Assembly: GCA_964016885.1 (NCBI GenBank)
Contig: OZ024741.1
Coordinates: forward strand, 163,060,001-163,124,000
DNA from: Eledone cirrhosa
Taxonomy: Eukaryota
Length of the DNA stretch: 64,000 nt
Reading direction: 5' to 3'
Part shown: in pieces, positions 1 through 12,379 of the stretch
Layout of the letters: the number at the start of each line of letters is the position of its first letter
Numbering within the stretch: the stretch's first letter is position 1
Translations under genes and position numbers: made by a program
Notes under the pieces: generated by a model
Seen by the model: the letters and a program-made list of their open reading frames with translations, nothing else
What the model was told of the DNA's origin: nothing
Database searches by the model: none

Positions 1-133
1 AAGATTTACCTAGTATTTCTAATAGCCCGTAGAAATTTATTAGACATATAGCCAACCATACACAATTAGGTACAACATCAAAATTAGAAGAAAGAATGTA
101 CATAAACATACCAAAATTATGTTTCTACCCCAT

Positions 134-198
134 GACGTTTCATTCGCTTTTTGGAAATATCCGATCATGGATAAATTCACGAGTTTCTAAATCATCAG
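134..198 (-). ncRNA. Degenerate hammerhead-ribozyme-like motif (probable Penelope pseudo-LTR relic)
   Basis: Minus strand reads CTGATGA...GAAACGTC with a minimal palindromic stem III (ACGT); stems I and II pair poorly; lies next to an (AT)n tract. Confidence 0.3.
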
Positions 199-329
199 GA
201 AACAAACTCAATTGGACAAAGATTTTTCTTAAATGATCCCCGCCAGAAACGAATTCAAAATGGCTAAACATTGTCGCATATGTATATCTATGCCTCTGTC
301 TAGTTTATGTATATGTAAACCTATATATT

Positions 330-453
<124 letters not shown>

Positions 454-739
454 AGAGAAAGAAAGACTTAGAAAGAATGAGCCATGGATGAGAGCGAAAA
501 ACGAGAGAATGAGAGTAAAAGAGAGATGTAAACACAGAAAAGGCGTATAAATATAAACATGCACATACATAAACTGAAGAACATACACGTGTTTATATAC
601 GTATTTCTCATTAGATTACACTAGCATTCACTCATATCATATATGTGTATAGATTATTTTCTAAATTGTGCCATATTACTAGTTATATGTTAAATTTTGA
701 ACTGGTTTCAACCAGAAAGTATATATTTTTTGGCTATTG

Positions 740-1130
740 CTTAGGTCTCTTTCCAGCGATCCAGGTCACCCGGCACACACGAGTAAGCCATAGAACACCT
801 TCTCTATTTAAGGCTTTTGACATCTTGGGGGGGATTTTCTCCTCCCCAGCGGCCTTTCCACATTTGAGCTCTTTAAATGTTCATTTGACCTCAGCCTTTT
901 GTGACATCAGAAGATGCTGTTGTGATCGGGTTTAGAAGATCAGCAATGTATTAGTTCGACCTCGTGAGGATACATCTCTCCGGAGACAGGGAAACCCCAG
1001 ATGCGTTCTTGATAGCAGGTGTTGAGGAGGGCTTCTTATCATGAAGTCGGTGGATCATCTGCCAGACACTTTATTTGCTGATCTGAAGTCTGATTCCAGC
1101 TTAACCCCCAAAGTCCTTCCCTTTTTTGCG
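740..1130 (-). mobile_element. RTE-clade (Expander/Rex3-like) LINE fragment, EN-RT linker to RT start
   Basis: Manual minus-strand translation (with frameshifts) gives DFGVKLESDFRSANKV..WQMIHRL, YIADLLNP and ELKCGKAAGEEKIPPKMSKALNREGVLWLTRVC, matching the RTE/Expander ORF pattern. Confidence 0.75.
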
Positions 1131-1330
1131 CAGCTCGGAGATCAGAGAGCCACTCCGGGTAGAGCCGCTACTTCTTCGAATTGATAGATAACAACTCCGA
1201 CTATAGGCATGTGGTTAGAATGTCTCAGGAAGGAGACCCAGGAGTTGACCCCGAGCAAGATGGTTGGATAACATCCATGAGCTTTGCTGATCCAGCCGGA
1301 TCAGTTGGCGGCGGTTGCTTCTGACAGGAA
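1131..1330 (+). mobile_element. RTE-clade LINE 3' fragment
   Basis: Plus-strand SEIREPLRVEPLLLRIDR..QLR..GHVVRM and GRRPRS*PRARWLDNI, typical of the RTE C-terminus. Confidence 0.75.
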
Positions 1331-1425
1331 GGAATAAGTGGGCAAAGAACAAGAAAAAGAAGTATATATTTTACAATATAACACGAAGAAAATATTGCAA
1401 TATATATTAATGTGTATGTTAATAT

Positions 1426-1608
<183 letters not shown>

Positions 1609-1999
1609 TTCAACCACTTAAGCCTGTTGCCTATCTCTTTAGAGGCTGGTCAGCGCGTAGGTGTATGTATGTGTTGGCATATGAGAGTGACTCGGAACTT
1701 GACTGCTCGACGCCCACCGCTTTACAGTGACTGCCTGATTCTGGCGCTATGATAGGCATAATTCTGAGCTAAAAGCTACATTAGAATCTAGGTATCAGAT
1801 GACAAGGAAGAAATCTATGTTTAGACTGTCTTTTAGGAATAAAATATAGAGTAGGAAAAATGACTTGGATCTGTACTTGCAACTAAGCCATGCCTGGTAA
1901 TGACAATCGGAGCATAAATTGAGACTCACCATATAGGAAGTTGGTAAGCGTAAGACATTATGAAGGAAGTACACCGCAAAAAACAAATATCCATGCGGT

Positions 2000-4680
2000 T
2001 AAAACCAAATCCTCGGAAAACACTTTACTGAGAAAGTATTTTTTACGTATTCCGATCGAAATAAAAATAACAGAAATGAGGATAACAACAAATAAGGCAT
2101 GGTAGAGTGAAGAACTAAAACAATTAAGAAGTGAAATGACTCAGTTATTAAGAAAATGGAAATACCATTCTACATACTCCAATTATGAAAAATATAAACG
2201 ACAATAAAAAAAAGTTTAAAAACCAAATAAAACAAGCCAAAATGATTTCTGGCCTAGCGAAAATAACCTGGAGTCCTTGGGCAATATATGGAGCATATAC
2301 AACCCAATGATATAACCCAACCCCACAAAATGAATCAAGAGCTATTGATACATGACCACAATGCTGAGGTAATCTCAGACACTTCCAAACTCTCTTCACT
2401 ATTTGCAGAATCACTTTTGGCAACGCTTCCTTTAAATAATCTACTACCCATTACAAAGCTTCTGACCCTCTCACTCCAAACGTAGATTTCCAACTTATTA
2501 TTGATCAAAAACTACTAGTAGTTAAAGATGAGTTGAACATGGAAACGGCCTAGTATATCCAATTGGTATATCCAATTTAAACATCAAGGAAACTTAGAGT
2601 GCAATACATGAAATAGTGCTAAACCTATTTAATAGTATCATTAAATTCCAACACAATCAAGGTATATGAAAATTTACTCATACGTTAATAATACCAAAAC
2701 CAAACAAAGATAACTACCACTCTACCAGATCATATTGTCCATAACGGAACTTAAGAAATCTTTCTAAAAAGCTAGAAAAGATTTTAAGCAATAGATTATC
2801 TTAGGAGATTCAATGGACATTTCCCCCATATCCCTGTTCGGATTTCGAGTGAATAAAACACAGAACTGTGTACATGAAATAACCACATATATTAGAAACT
2901 CAAAACAGTTGAAAAAAATCGACCAGTTTGATCTTACTAGACATAAAAGGATCTTATCACAATGTGGTTCATGACGCTCTAGTAAAAAAACTACAATTTG
3001 AAATCCCCAAATATCTTTGTAACTAGGTTGAAAGTTTTCTCACTCATTGTAGTACAAGTCTGATTCTTGGAAACGATAAAAGCAAAAATATTTACCTTTT
3101 GAAAGGTCTCCCACTGGGTTTGCCAGTCTCACCCATTCTTTTTCTATATAACACAACATACTTGTTTACATCACTAAATAAAATTGTAGAAGTATCAGTT
3201 TTTGCATATGATATCAACTTATATACTTCTTCTAGTATCATCAACAACAAAACCAAATTATACTGAATGGGAAAAAGAAAATGGCCAACAATTTGATCCC
3301 TCTAAAACACAACTGGTTCATTTCCATAATCCTGAACCCATCAATTACACTGGTCAACAACATTTTACTTTTTTCTGCTGACCTAAGTTTGAGACATGTT
3401 CTTGAGTAATTAGAGGCCGCCGAGTTTACAATGACAATAATTCTTTTCTATCACATCAAGTTATTTATCTATGGGCTAGTCCATAGCTACAAGAAATATC
3501 ATGTTGATATTTTGATATTTTAATTTATCTGTGTATTTAGACATCTTTTTATCTATTTATATACACCAATATATATCAATATATTATATCTAATAATTAC
3601 TTTCCTTCTTTTCAGATTGATTTTAAGAAATAACACAGGTGTTCAGTAGTATGGCTTCATTACGAAGAAAATGTTTGCATTCCCCAGACTCTTTTTGCTA
3701 TACATACGGTAGTTTTACAGTACCAAGTAAAAGAATGAACATTGTGAATTTATGAAAAGAGCCTACTTGGTGATCAGAATAAATCGCACAATACATGTAA
3801 ACCATATGTCGAAAGTCTACGCCAATACACAAAAGGAACAAGGAAACAACTAGCATTTGGTATTAGTATGGTATGGTGGGAAACAAAGACTTCTGGTTAT
3901 AGCAAGAAAACTCGACAGAAAATAAGTTATGCAAATCTGTATTCAGCAATTCGTCCCATGCTTCACGAAGATGAAAATCTGATGTATTAGGAAAAAATGG
4001 ATGCCTTACTTGAAATCAGCAACTCAAAATTAACTAAAAACAACAACCAAACCTAGTCAGCAAAAAGTGTTGACCAGTGTTATCAATGCGATGAAATATA
4101 CTTGATGAACCAACTACTGATACCAGAAAATCCATCAAGATACTAGGCATTTGGTTACAATCTAATTTGAAATGGGAAACTCACCAGAAAGACACACTGC
4201 AAAACATGACATGCAATTAAAGTAATTTTAAAGAAATTTCACTGCCTAACACACAGCCACTTGAGACTGTATAATAAGAGAGTCATCAACGCTCAATTGT
4301 TGTATGGCAGCTGGTTTTGGGGACACACAAGTACTAGCTACCTTCAAGTTATTGATAGATTCCGTATCCAAATTGGCAAAAACATACTGGGATGTCTACG
4401 ATCTACCCCCAGGATAGAGATTTTTCATAAAGCAGCGTTAACCCCAACTCACTTGTTGATAGAAGAGTCAGGGGAACGCAAATTGCTAACTGCTCAGTGT
4501 AAATGAAAAAGAAAGCACCATGATACTTGGCATCCTCCATGGATAGAACAATTATAATCGTTTAAAATAATGATTAAAAACTCAAAAGAGGTAGCAAAAG
4601 AACTCCATAACACTATCACACATCAATCTCTTTCAACAGCTAGGTCTGCTACTAAAACCACTTGACCTATGAAATTATTA
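2000..4680 (+). mobile_element. Highly degenerate I/Nimb-like LINE ORF2 relic, interrupted by a Chapaev3 element
   Basis: RT remnants KGLPLGLPVSPILF (~3100) and VFAYDI (~3200, YADD equivalent); ORF 4261-4506 LLYGSWFWG..ILGCLRSTP followed by WHPPW, typical of the post-RT region of I-group LINEs. Boundaries approximate. Confidence 0.6.
3348..4079 (+). mobile_element. Internally deleted Chapaev3 (CMC) DNA transposon
   Basis: TIRs CACTGGTCAACA (3348) and TGTTGACCAGTG (ending 4079); 3-bp TTA TSD on both sides; N-terminal transposase relic MASLRRKCLHSPDSFCY..LGDQNK..LAFGISMVW. Confidence 0.85.
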
Positions 4681-5047
4681 TTATTGGTTTTATTTTTAAT
4701 TGTAACTGTTAGGCTAAGATGCCAGTGAACATGATTTACGACCGAGTTTTGAATCCGTTTCTAATCGTTTGAATTTACGGGCAGATGACTCTGAAATACA
4801 TATATATGTCATAAATATTCTCCCTGAAAACTCTAATATCTCATGTATACTGTAATTTGGGATTCATTATATAATGAAATACAATAAACTGCAACACAAT
4901 TCGTTATTATATAGTAAAAATAATAAAATGTATCAAAAGCTATTGAGAAGCGAATGCATTTCATATTAAAATTCTGATTCTCGAGTGGTAAAATTCCGCA
5001 CCAACTTTCTTTCTCTGCAGGCGTAACATTGTTATCGAGAAAAAAAT

Positions 5048-5112
5048 ACGCACGCGCACATACACACGCGTACACGCACACACACACACACACACACACA
5101 CTAACACACACA

Positions 5113-5172
<60 letters not shown>
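5048..5172. repeat. (CA)n-(TA)n microsatellite
   Basis: Direct reading. Confidence 0.97.
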
Positions 5173-5173
<1 letters not shown>

Positions 5174-5892
5174 GTACCCATTCACTATAATAGATGGTTT
5201 GCAATCATATTTTAAACCATCGATTGTATCTTACATTTTTCCTAATTTCAACAATACAAATTTATATATAATAAAATTTGATTTATATTTAACACCACAG
5301 CACACTGCTTTCAGCATTTTTTTCTAAAAATATGTTTTATGTCTAAAATTAAAATTTCAACCGTAGTTTTTGTTTATTTAGTATTGTTTATTTAGTTAAA
5401 TATTCTAGGCATGTAACTGTCACTTATTTTGCACATGACAATGAAAAATATACGTGGTAGACATTGCTATTGTTGATGATGTTCTAATAGCGGATTTAAA
5501 GAGGAGTCGTAGTAACAGTCGTGATAGTATTAATAGTAGTGGTAGTACTAGCACAAATATTAGTGGTAGTCGTAGTAATAATAACAAGAGTGGTAGTAGT
5601 TGAGGTAAAATATGTAGTAGGTTGTTGCTTTTCTTGTAGTCGTTTAACTCGAAGTCAGCTCTGATTGAGCACACCTACGAACGTAGGTGATCCAGTCGAG
5701 ACCAGTTCCAATGTTTATGCAAAGAGCTCTACATTGCCAAATGTAACACTCTTTTTCAACAAGACGATAGTGATTTGGCTAACATGTGATTAAATAACGT
5801 TTATTATCTGTGCTGTTTAAATAATAATGATGTTGGTTGTGACTATGCATGCAGTTTCTTTGCCATTGCACATGCTATAAAATTATGGAAGT

Positions 5893-5893
5893 A

Positions 5894-5936
<43 letters not shown>

Positions 5937-6021
5937 AATATAAATATAATGTCAGTGAGATATGCATACACACACATATATAGATAAATAAATAAATATA
6001 TATTTAAATATATAAATATAT

Positions 6022-6093
<72 letters not shown>
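5893..6093. repeat. (CA)n/(AT)n compound microsatellite
   Basis: Direct reading. Confidence 0.93.
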
Positions 6094-6097
<4 letters not shown>

Positions 6098-6180
6098 AAA
6101 GTTTTATTTAAAATTGTTGGGTTACAACAAGTAAATATTTTATAACTGATATAAAGCACTCGACAAGTTTTTGGAATAGA

Positions 6181-6578
6181 TATACGATATTAAACAAATG
6201 GAAACTATATTTATAAAACCATATTTATTTCATTATACATATTTCGGGGATACCATATTAAAAATATGGCATGCCTTCGTCAGATAGAATACAATATATA
6301 AACAGTTTTATAAATAATTTTGACGTACCATAAATATGAGCGACCATTAAGGTAGGAAGCTGGTTTGACGTACCATAAATATGAGCGACCATTAAGGTAG
6401 GAAGCTTCCTACCTTAATGGTCGCTCATATTTATGGTACGTCAAAATTATTTATAAAACTGTTTATATATTGTATTCTATCTGACGAAGGCATGCCATAT
6501 TTTTAATATGGTATCCCCGAAATATGTATAATGAAATAAATATGGTTTTATAAATATAGTTTCCTTTTCTTTAATATC

Positions 6579-6583
<5 letters not shown>
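6181..6583. repeat. ~400-bp fold-back palindrome of a Penelope-like pseudo-LTR
   Basis: Arms are near-perfect reverse complements about GGAAGCTTCC (axis 6404/6405); a ~42-bp tandem duplication (6319-6360, 6364-6405) lies beside the axis; flanked by (AT)n. Confidence 0.9.
6470..6540 (+). ncRNA. Type I minimal hammerhead ribozyme (PLE-type), mirrored on the minus strand at ~6230-6290
   Basis: CTGACGA (6481), stem II ATGCCATATT/AATATGGTAT, GAAA (6519), self-complementary stem III ATATGTAT, then A (cleavage triplet ATA ending 6530), followed by AATAAA at 6535. Confidence 0.65.

Positions 6584-6667
<84 letters not shown>
6581..6667. repeat. (AT)n microsatellite
   Basis: Direct reading. Confidence 0.98.
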
Positions 6668-6668
<1 letters not shown>

Positions 6669-7202
6669 TAAAATATGTCTTTAGAATCACTAGTCACGAT
6701 TCTTAGCCATTTTTTAATGTATTTTTGGAGCGATCACTTTGGAAAATTAAATGTCTTATTTTGAGCTCGCTCCTGATGATTCCGAAGCTCTGGACATACC
6801 TTGTTATCAGATGTCTTAAAATACGGATGAAACCATGGTAGAGGTATGTCCAGTGGGACATACGACTAGCACACTCCGGCCCTTCACTGCGTGGATACCT
6901 ATCTAAAAAGCAATCCAGAGACAACAACAGTCAATGCTCGCTGACATTTTTGTTTGTTCTTTATATTCTCAGTTTAAATCCAGTCAAATACTGGGGACGG
7001 TAATATCGACTTTTCCCACGTCATAGATTGCAGGTTTTGTACTTAGATTAGAAGTATATATATAAGACTTAGAACAGAAGTGTAGGGAGAATTGTTAGCT
7101 ACTACCAACTCTATTGATCTCATCAGCACAACTGATCGTTCATTTATGGCTATTTCTAAAGGCGTTATTGAAATATCACCAAATGAAGGGCATTATTTTG
7201 CC

Positions 7203-7370
7203 GGTAGAGGGTCGGACGCGATGCTTTCCAGCATAGTTACGTCCCTTTACGATCTGAGTTCAAATCCTGCCGACGTTGACTTTGCCTTTCATCCTTACTG
7301 GGTCGATAAAATAAAGTACCAGTAATGTACAGGGTACTTGCTGGCCTTGTGCCTAAAGTAGAAACAATTA
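7203..7370 (+). mobile_element. tRNA-derived SINE (dominant family in the window)
   Basis: B-box GAGTTCAAATCC, central GACTTTGCCTTTCATCCTT..GGTCGATAAAATAAAGTACCAG, tail CCTTGTGCCTAAAGTAGAAACAATTA; more than 10 homologues in the window. Confidence 0.9.
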
Positions 7371-7379
7371 TTTTCCGTA

Positions 7380-9060
7380 TCAAGTTTTAAAGTATTGAAC
7401 CAAGAATATGTCACGTTCTGAATAGTTCTATACTTATGATTCCTGGTATGTTTTAGGGGCAAATTTCTTTAGGAATTCACACATGACGAACCCAATCTTA
7501 TGTAACTATGCAATCGATCCAAATCATTACAAGTTTCTTGTAATTGTAAAATGTTATTTATGAGACGTTGTTCAAATTAAGAATGTTTCCCTTCAAGCTG
7601 CTTGCGTTTGTGAGCATATTGCTGATTTCCCACTGGAATTGAATAAATGTTTTCAGAATGTTTGCAATATAGGATTTTGACATATCATAGCAAATCTTAA
7701 CTGCAATAATGTCTTCGTTTAATTTTGTTTATGTAAATACCAATTTGTTGAGTTTACCAGGAGCTTAATTTGAAGCTTTCTATAAATAAATTAACCACAT
7801 ACTAGTGGACATTTTATACAATCTCTCAATAGTGGTATCAATATTCAATATAGTCAAACTGCGCGTGATGGTAAAACAGAAGATAAAATTTATATCATTT
7901 AAACATTTTGTCAGGATTAAACATGTTTTAATCATACCAGAAATTTCCACAAAAGTTTTCGTTCTCAGGTCTTGATGTGGTATACATTAGACAAATCAAC
8001 TTCGGTTTAAGAATTTTACAGTGACTCTGGAGGACGATTACGAGAAGAATAAATTCATTTATATTGTAGTATCATGCCTCAGATACGGTATGAACTTAAG
8101 TCCCTGGCCTCTGGTTTCTTTCTTCATAGGATTAGTTGGTATAACGTTAATATAGCTAAGGATTTAGTTAGTATGTGTGTTGTGAAGAATGTTTTCCTTT
8201 TTAGATTGTTTAATGCAGGTGTATTATTGTTTTGTGTATATATCCTCTGCATAATGTTTCTATTTTGTTTGCATTGTTTGTGGGTTAGTAACAGCATGTT
8301 GTAAAACGTTAAATGCGGATGCTTAATTATTTGACGTTGGATAAGTTACAGGAGTTACTTGTGGTGCATTTCTTTATCCCTTTATTTATGGGTGTTAAGC
8401 TATTTAGAAGCTTAATGTATGTGAGGGAAGTAGTTTTTCGGAGCAAATAAAACGGCGGAAGTGGCGAGTTCTGAGCCCCTCTTTTCGACAACTGTCTTTG
8501 AGTGAATTTGATACCTCTGTCTTTGGCGTGTGACGACATTGTGGTTGGATGTAGGAGAGGAACAGGTAAATTATTTATTATTTAGTTCTATTTGCACGAT
8601 TTAGTTTCCACTTATAAGTTAGTCTATTATTAGGTTCTTGGGTTGACTGTTGAATTTCAACGTTTATTAGGCAGTATATTTAGGTTTCTAACGTTGGTTT
8701 AGTTAAACACATTTTATTGCTCATTCTGAACTTCGTGATTTATTCTGAACTATGATTTCTCTACTAGGTTTATGGAGTGATTATTTCAATTTCGGTTAAT
8801 TTTAGTTAAATGTTTATTTTATTGATTGCTCGTATGTTTCTGGATACATAAACGGCACTAATCGAATATGATATCTGTGTCTTTATGTTTAAATGTAGTT
8901 TAGAACTCTTTCTTGTTTGTGGGTTTCTGGTTTTGTTGATTAGACATAAAATATTTCGAAGATGATATGCTTGTGGTCGGCGTTGTTTTATTGGTTAAGG
9001 GTTGGCTGCATAAATATATTTTTGTTGTCTGTTTACTTTCATTCTGTTTTTGAGTGAAGT
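7380..9060 (-). mobile_element. Degenerate Penelope-like element, N-terminal/RT portion
   Basis: Minus-strand QGLKFIP (~8090-8110, PLE KGLxFxP motif), PDK motif near 7910, and an Asn/Thr/Lys-rich biased region like the PLE at 12.4-14.4 kb; heavily decayed. Confidence 0.4.
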
Positions 9061-9121
9061 TGTGTGTTTAAGCATCATATATATGAATTTATATATATAT
9101 ATATATACACATACGTATACT

Positions 9122-9366
9122 CAATGGCGGACTGGGTCTAAAAATATTGGTTGCCAGGAGATGAAGGGGGCCCACCTACATATAGAATGCTATCATTTAA
9201 TTTTTATAATAAATAAATAACATTTTCAAAAAATACATGAATGGAAACAAAACAGTGGAATCAAATTTTTGCGGAAAAATATCTTACCTTCTCCAATAAA
9301 AAAATATTATGTATTTTGCGAAATCCAGTGATTTTCAATAATGACCTTTGGTCTTTCACATTCACT

Positions 9367-9419
<53 letters not shown>

Positions 9420-9541
9420 CATATGTGGAAGTGCGTGTATATGTGTGTGCATGTACATGTGTATATATAGATTTATATATATATATAGTCATAACATGTT
9501 TTCAACTTGTACAAAATCACTAGGCACTAGGGATTAATTGA

Positions 9542-9574
<33 letters not shown>

Positions 9575-10367
9575 TGTATTAAATAAATATTTATACTGTG
9601 ATATGTATTGAGTACCATACTTACTGTGGTTACCCCCGAATTGAACCCGGGATAAATATATATATATATATATATTTATATATGTGTGTGTATATGTATA
9701 TACATATATATATGTATGTAAATGTATCTATATATATATACATATATATATATATACTCCACCTTCACCATTAATTGATTTGACAGATGTCTTTAACCCA
9801 TTGAAGTAGAATGTACAACCACGCATTTAGCTATTTGCACTATCATATATTTTGGTTTCTAATAATTCCCTGGGAAATTGGTTGACCAATTGATCAACCA
9901 ATATATGATAGTGCAAAATATATGATAGTGCAAATAGCTGGAATACGTGGTTGTACATTCTACTTCAATGGGTTAAAGCCATCTGTCAAATCAATTAGTG
10001 GTGAAGGTGGAGTATATATATATATATGTATACATATACAGATACATTTACATACATATATATATGTATATACATATACACACACACACATATATAAATA
10101 TATGCCGTACATGTACGGCAACACTCATCTTTTTCCATTTCTCCGAGGGTTATAAACCCCACTATCAGGCTAGAAATTTCTTTAGTCTAAAATACGGTGA
10201 AAGCTTATAATTTCTAATTTCTAATTTCAACCTCGCGCACCGTTTCAAAAACATACTTACATGTTTACGTTTATATATATATATATTTATCCCGGGTTCA
10301 ATTCAGAGATAACCACAGTAAGTATGGTACTCAATACATATCACAGTATAAATATTTATTTAATACA

Positions 10368-10400
<33 letters not shown>

Positions 10401-10600
10401 TCAATTAATCCCTAGTGCCTAGTGATTTTGTACAAGTTGAAAACATGTTATGACTATATATATATAAAGCTTTGCTTAATTGTTTTATTTATTTAAAAAA
10501 AAAATGTATTCTTTCTCTCAGACTTCAGGTATTTTTTCAAAGCTAAGCATTAGGCCCACTTGCCATTGGGCAACCTGGCAACCTGGCCTGTCCGCCACTG
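9122..10600. mobile_element. hAT-like MITE enclosing a large palindrome
   Basis: Terminal inverted repeats CAATGGCGGACTGG (9122) and CCTGTCCGCCACTG (ending 10600); putative decayed 8-bp TSD CGTATACT/CGCATGCA (5/8 match). Confidence 0.55.
9472..10468. repeat. ~1-kb imperfect inverted repeat
   Basis: 9472-9670 mirrors 10272-10468 and 9680-9850 mirrors 9917-10103; spacer ~9850-9900; an extra segment 10104-10270 is present only in the right arm. Confidence 0.9.
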
Positions 10601-10604
10601 CGCA

Positions 10605-10648
<44 letters not shown>

Positions 10649-10659
10649 ACAAGTTATCG

Positions 10660-11645
10660 TTATAGGTAATCCAGTTAGAGGTTGTGAATACTCCGTATTG
10701 TGGATAGTGTTAGCGTACGGCGTTGTTTGACTCAACAAGAGGTTTCTTTAGGTAGCGAGTATATGAGTTCTCGGGAATTCCTATGTAAGTTAATCTTGGA
10801 GTAATAATAGTGAAACAATGAAGAGTAACATGGTCAACAGTACAAGAAGGGTTTTATTTAGAGTATTAACAATTATGTCATTGATTAAGTTGTCTTAAAA
10901 TTGCTAATCACTTGAAGTTGTGTCACTCAATTTTAAATACGATGTATGCTTAACCAAATCATCAGATAACTGAATAAAATATACATAGCGTTTACAAATT
11001 CAAATTACAACATCATTAATAAAGAAAAAAAAGAAAAAAAAGAAAAAAAGAAAAAGAAAGAAAAAAAAAGAATTAAGAAAAAAGATAAAGAAAAAGAAAA
11101 AATAGAGAGAAAAAATAAAAGTAGTGATAATAAATGAATAATGATAAATAAGTTATAGCGAAGATAAAAAATAAAAAAAATTTTTTATGTGTGCGAAGAA
11201 ACTGAACATAATATGATTGTTGAAAATAGTTGTGGTGTTGGTGGTTAAAATATAAATATATGATGGTATAAAAATGAAAGTATTAAATATATTCATATAT
11301 TTATTAGTTAAATTAATAAATTGGAAGTTATATTAGAAGTGAAGATAATACGATAGGTTATAATGTAAGATATGAAATATATTTAGGGAAAGAAATTGAA
11401 AGATATAAAATGAAAGAGAGAAAATATAATAGGTTATGATGTTGATTCATTGACAGTTAATAACAATAATAACAACAATTATGATGGTAATGGGTTATTA
11501 TAATAGACTCAGATTGTATAATTTGAGTTATGGAATTGTTGGGTCGAATCAAGTTGGTTTGAAATTATCGAATTATTTGCTGCTTTATGTCTACAGAAAA
11601 TTGACCGTTCAATTTTGCTGTTAAGCAGCATTTTGTCATATTTTA
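10660..11645 (-). mobile_element. 5'-truncated Penelope-like element: EN C-terminus, 3'UTR and pLTR
   Basis: Minus strand DKMLLNSKIERSIFCRHK resembles the PLE LLNKRxE..CRH terminus; segment 10815-10905 repeats the pLTR-like sequence at 11655-11740 and 11865-11945. Confidence 0.6.
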
Positions 11646-11993
11646 AAATAATATTTTAACACAACTTAATCAATGAAACAATTGTTAATAGTGTAAATAA
11701 AACCCTTCTTGTACTGTTGACCATGTTACTCTTCAGTCTTTCACTATAAAGAAGAAATTATGAGATGGTTAAAAGAGTTCCATATATTTTATTATGCGCA
11801 TTTCGATAAAATATATGGAACTATTTTAACCATCTCATAATTTCTTCTTTATGGTGAAAGACTGAAGAGTAACATGGTCAACAGTACAAGAAGGGTTTTA
11901 TTTACACTATTAACAATTGTTTCATTGTTTAAGTTGTGTTAAAATATTATTTTAAAATATGACAAAATGCTGCTTAACAGCAAAATTGAACGG

Positions 11994-11996
<3 letters not shown>
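11602..11996. repeat. 395-bp near-perfect palindrome of PLE sequence
   Basis: TGACCGTTCAATTTTGC... mirrored by ...GCAAAATTGAACGGTCA; axis ~11799; (AT)n follows. Confidence 0.92.
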
Positions 11997-12037
<41 letters not shown>

Positions 12038-12379
12038 AATTTATATCTAGTAACTTTTATATACACACAGATGCATATCAATGCAATAGATATATATATA
12101 TTTATGTATTTGTTTTTATATTTCACATAGATTATATAGGATTACAAAAACTTCTTTCGTTTGAAATCACCAGGAAGATTTCAAACGACTGAAACAGTTC
12201 TAATATTGTAATCACTTCTATATTAAATAAATATGTAGCTTCTCAAGCAATGTATTAACTTATTTAACTCTGGTTCATTCCGGTTGCTCTTTTGTTAACC
12301 ATTCTTAATATTGTATTTTACAATTAAGGAGAACAGTCATACAATAAAGAGCTCAACATATAATGTAGTGTTCGAAATA

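Noticed and set aside
12155-12230. 12-bp hairpin followed by GAAACAGTT and AATAAA, hammerhead-like
   Set aside because: No upstream CTGANGA core; at best a decayed pLTR, not called as a ribozyme.
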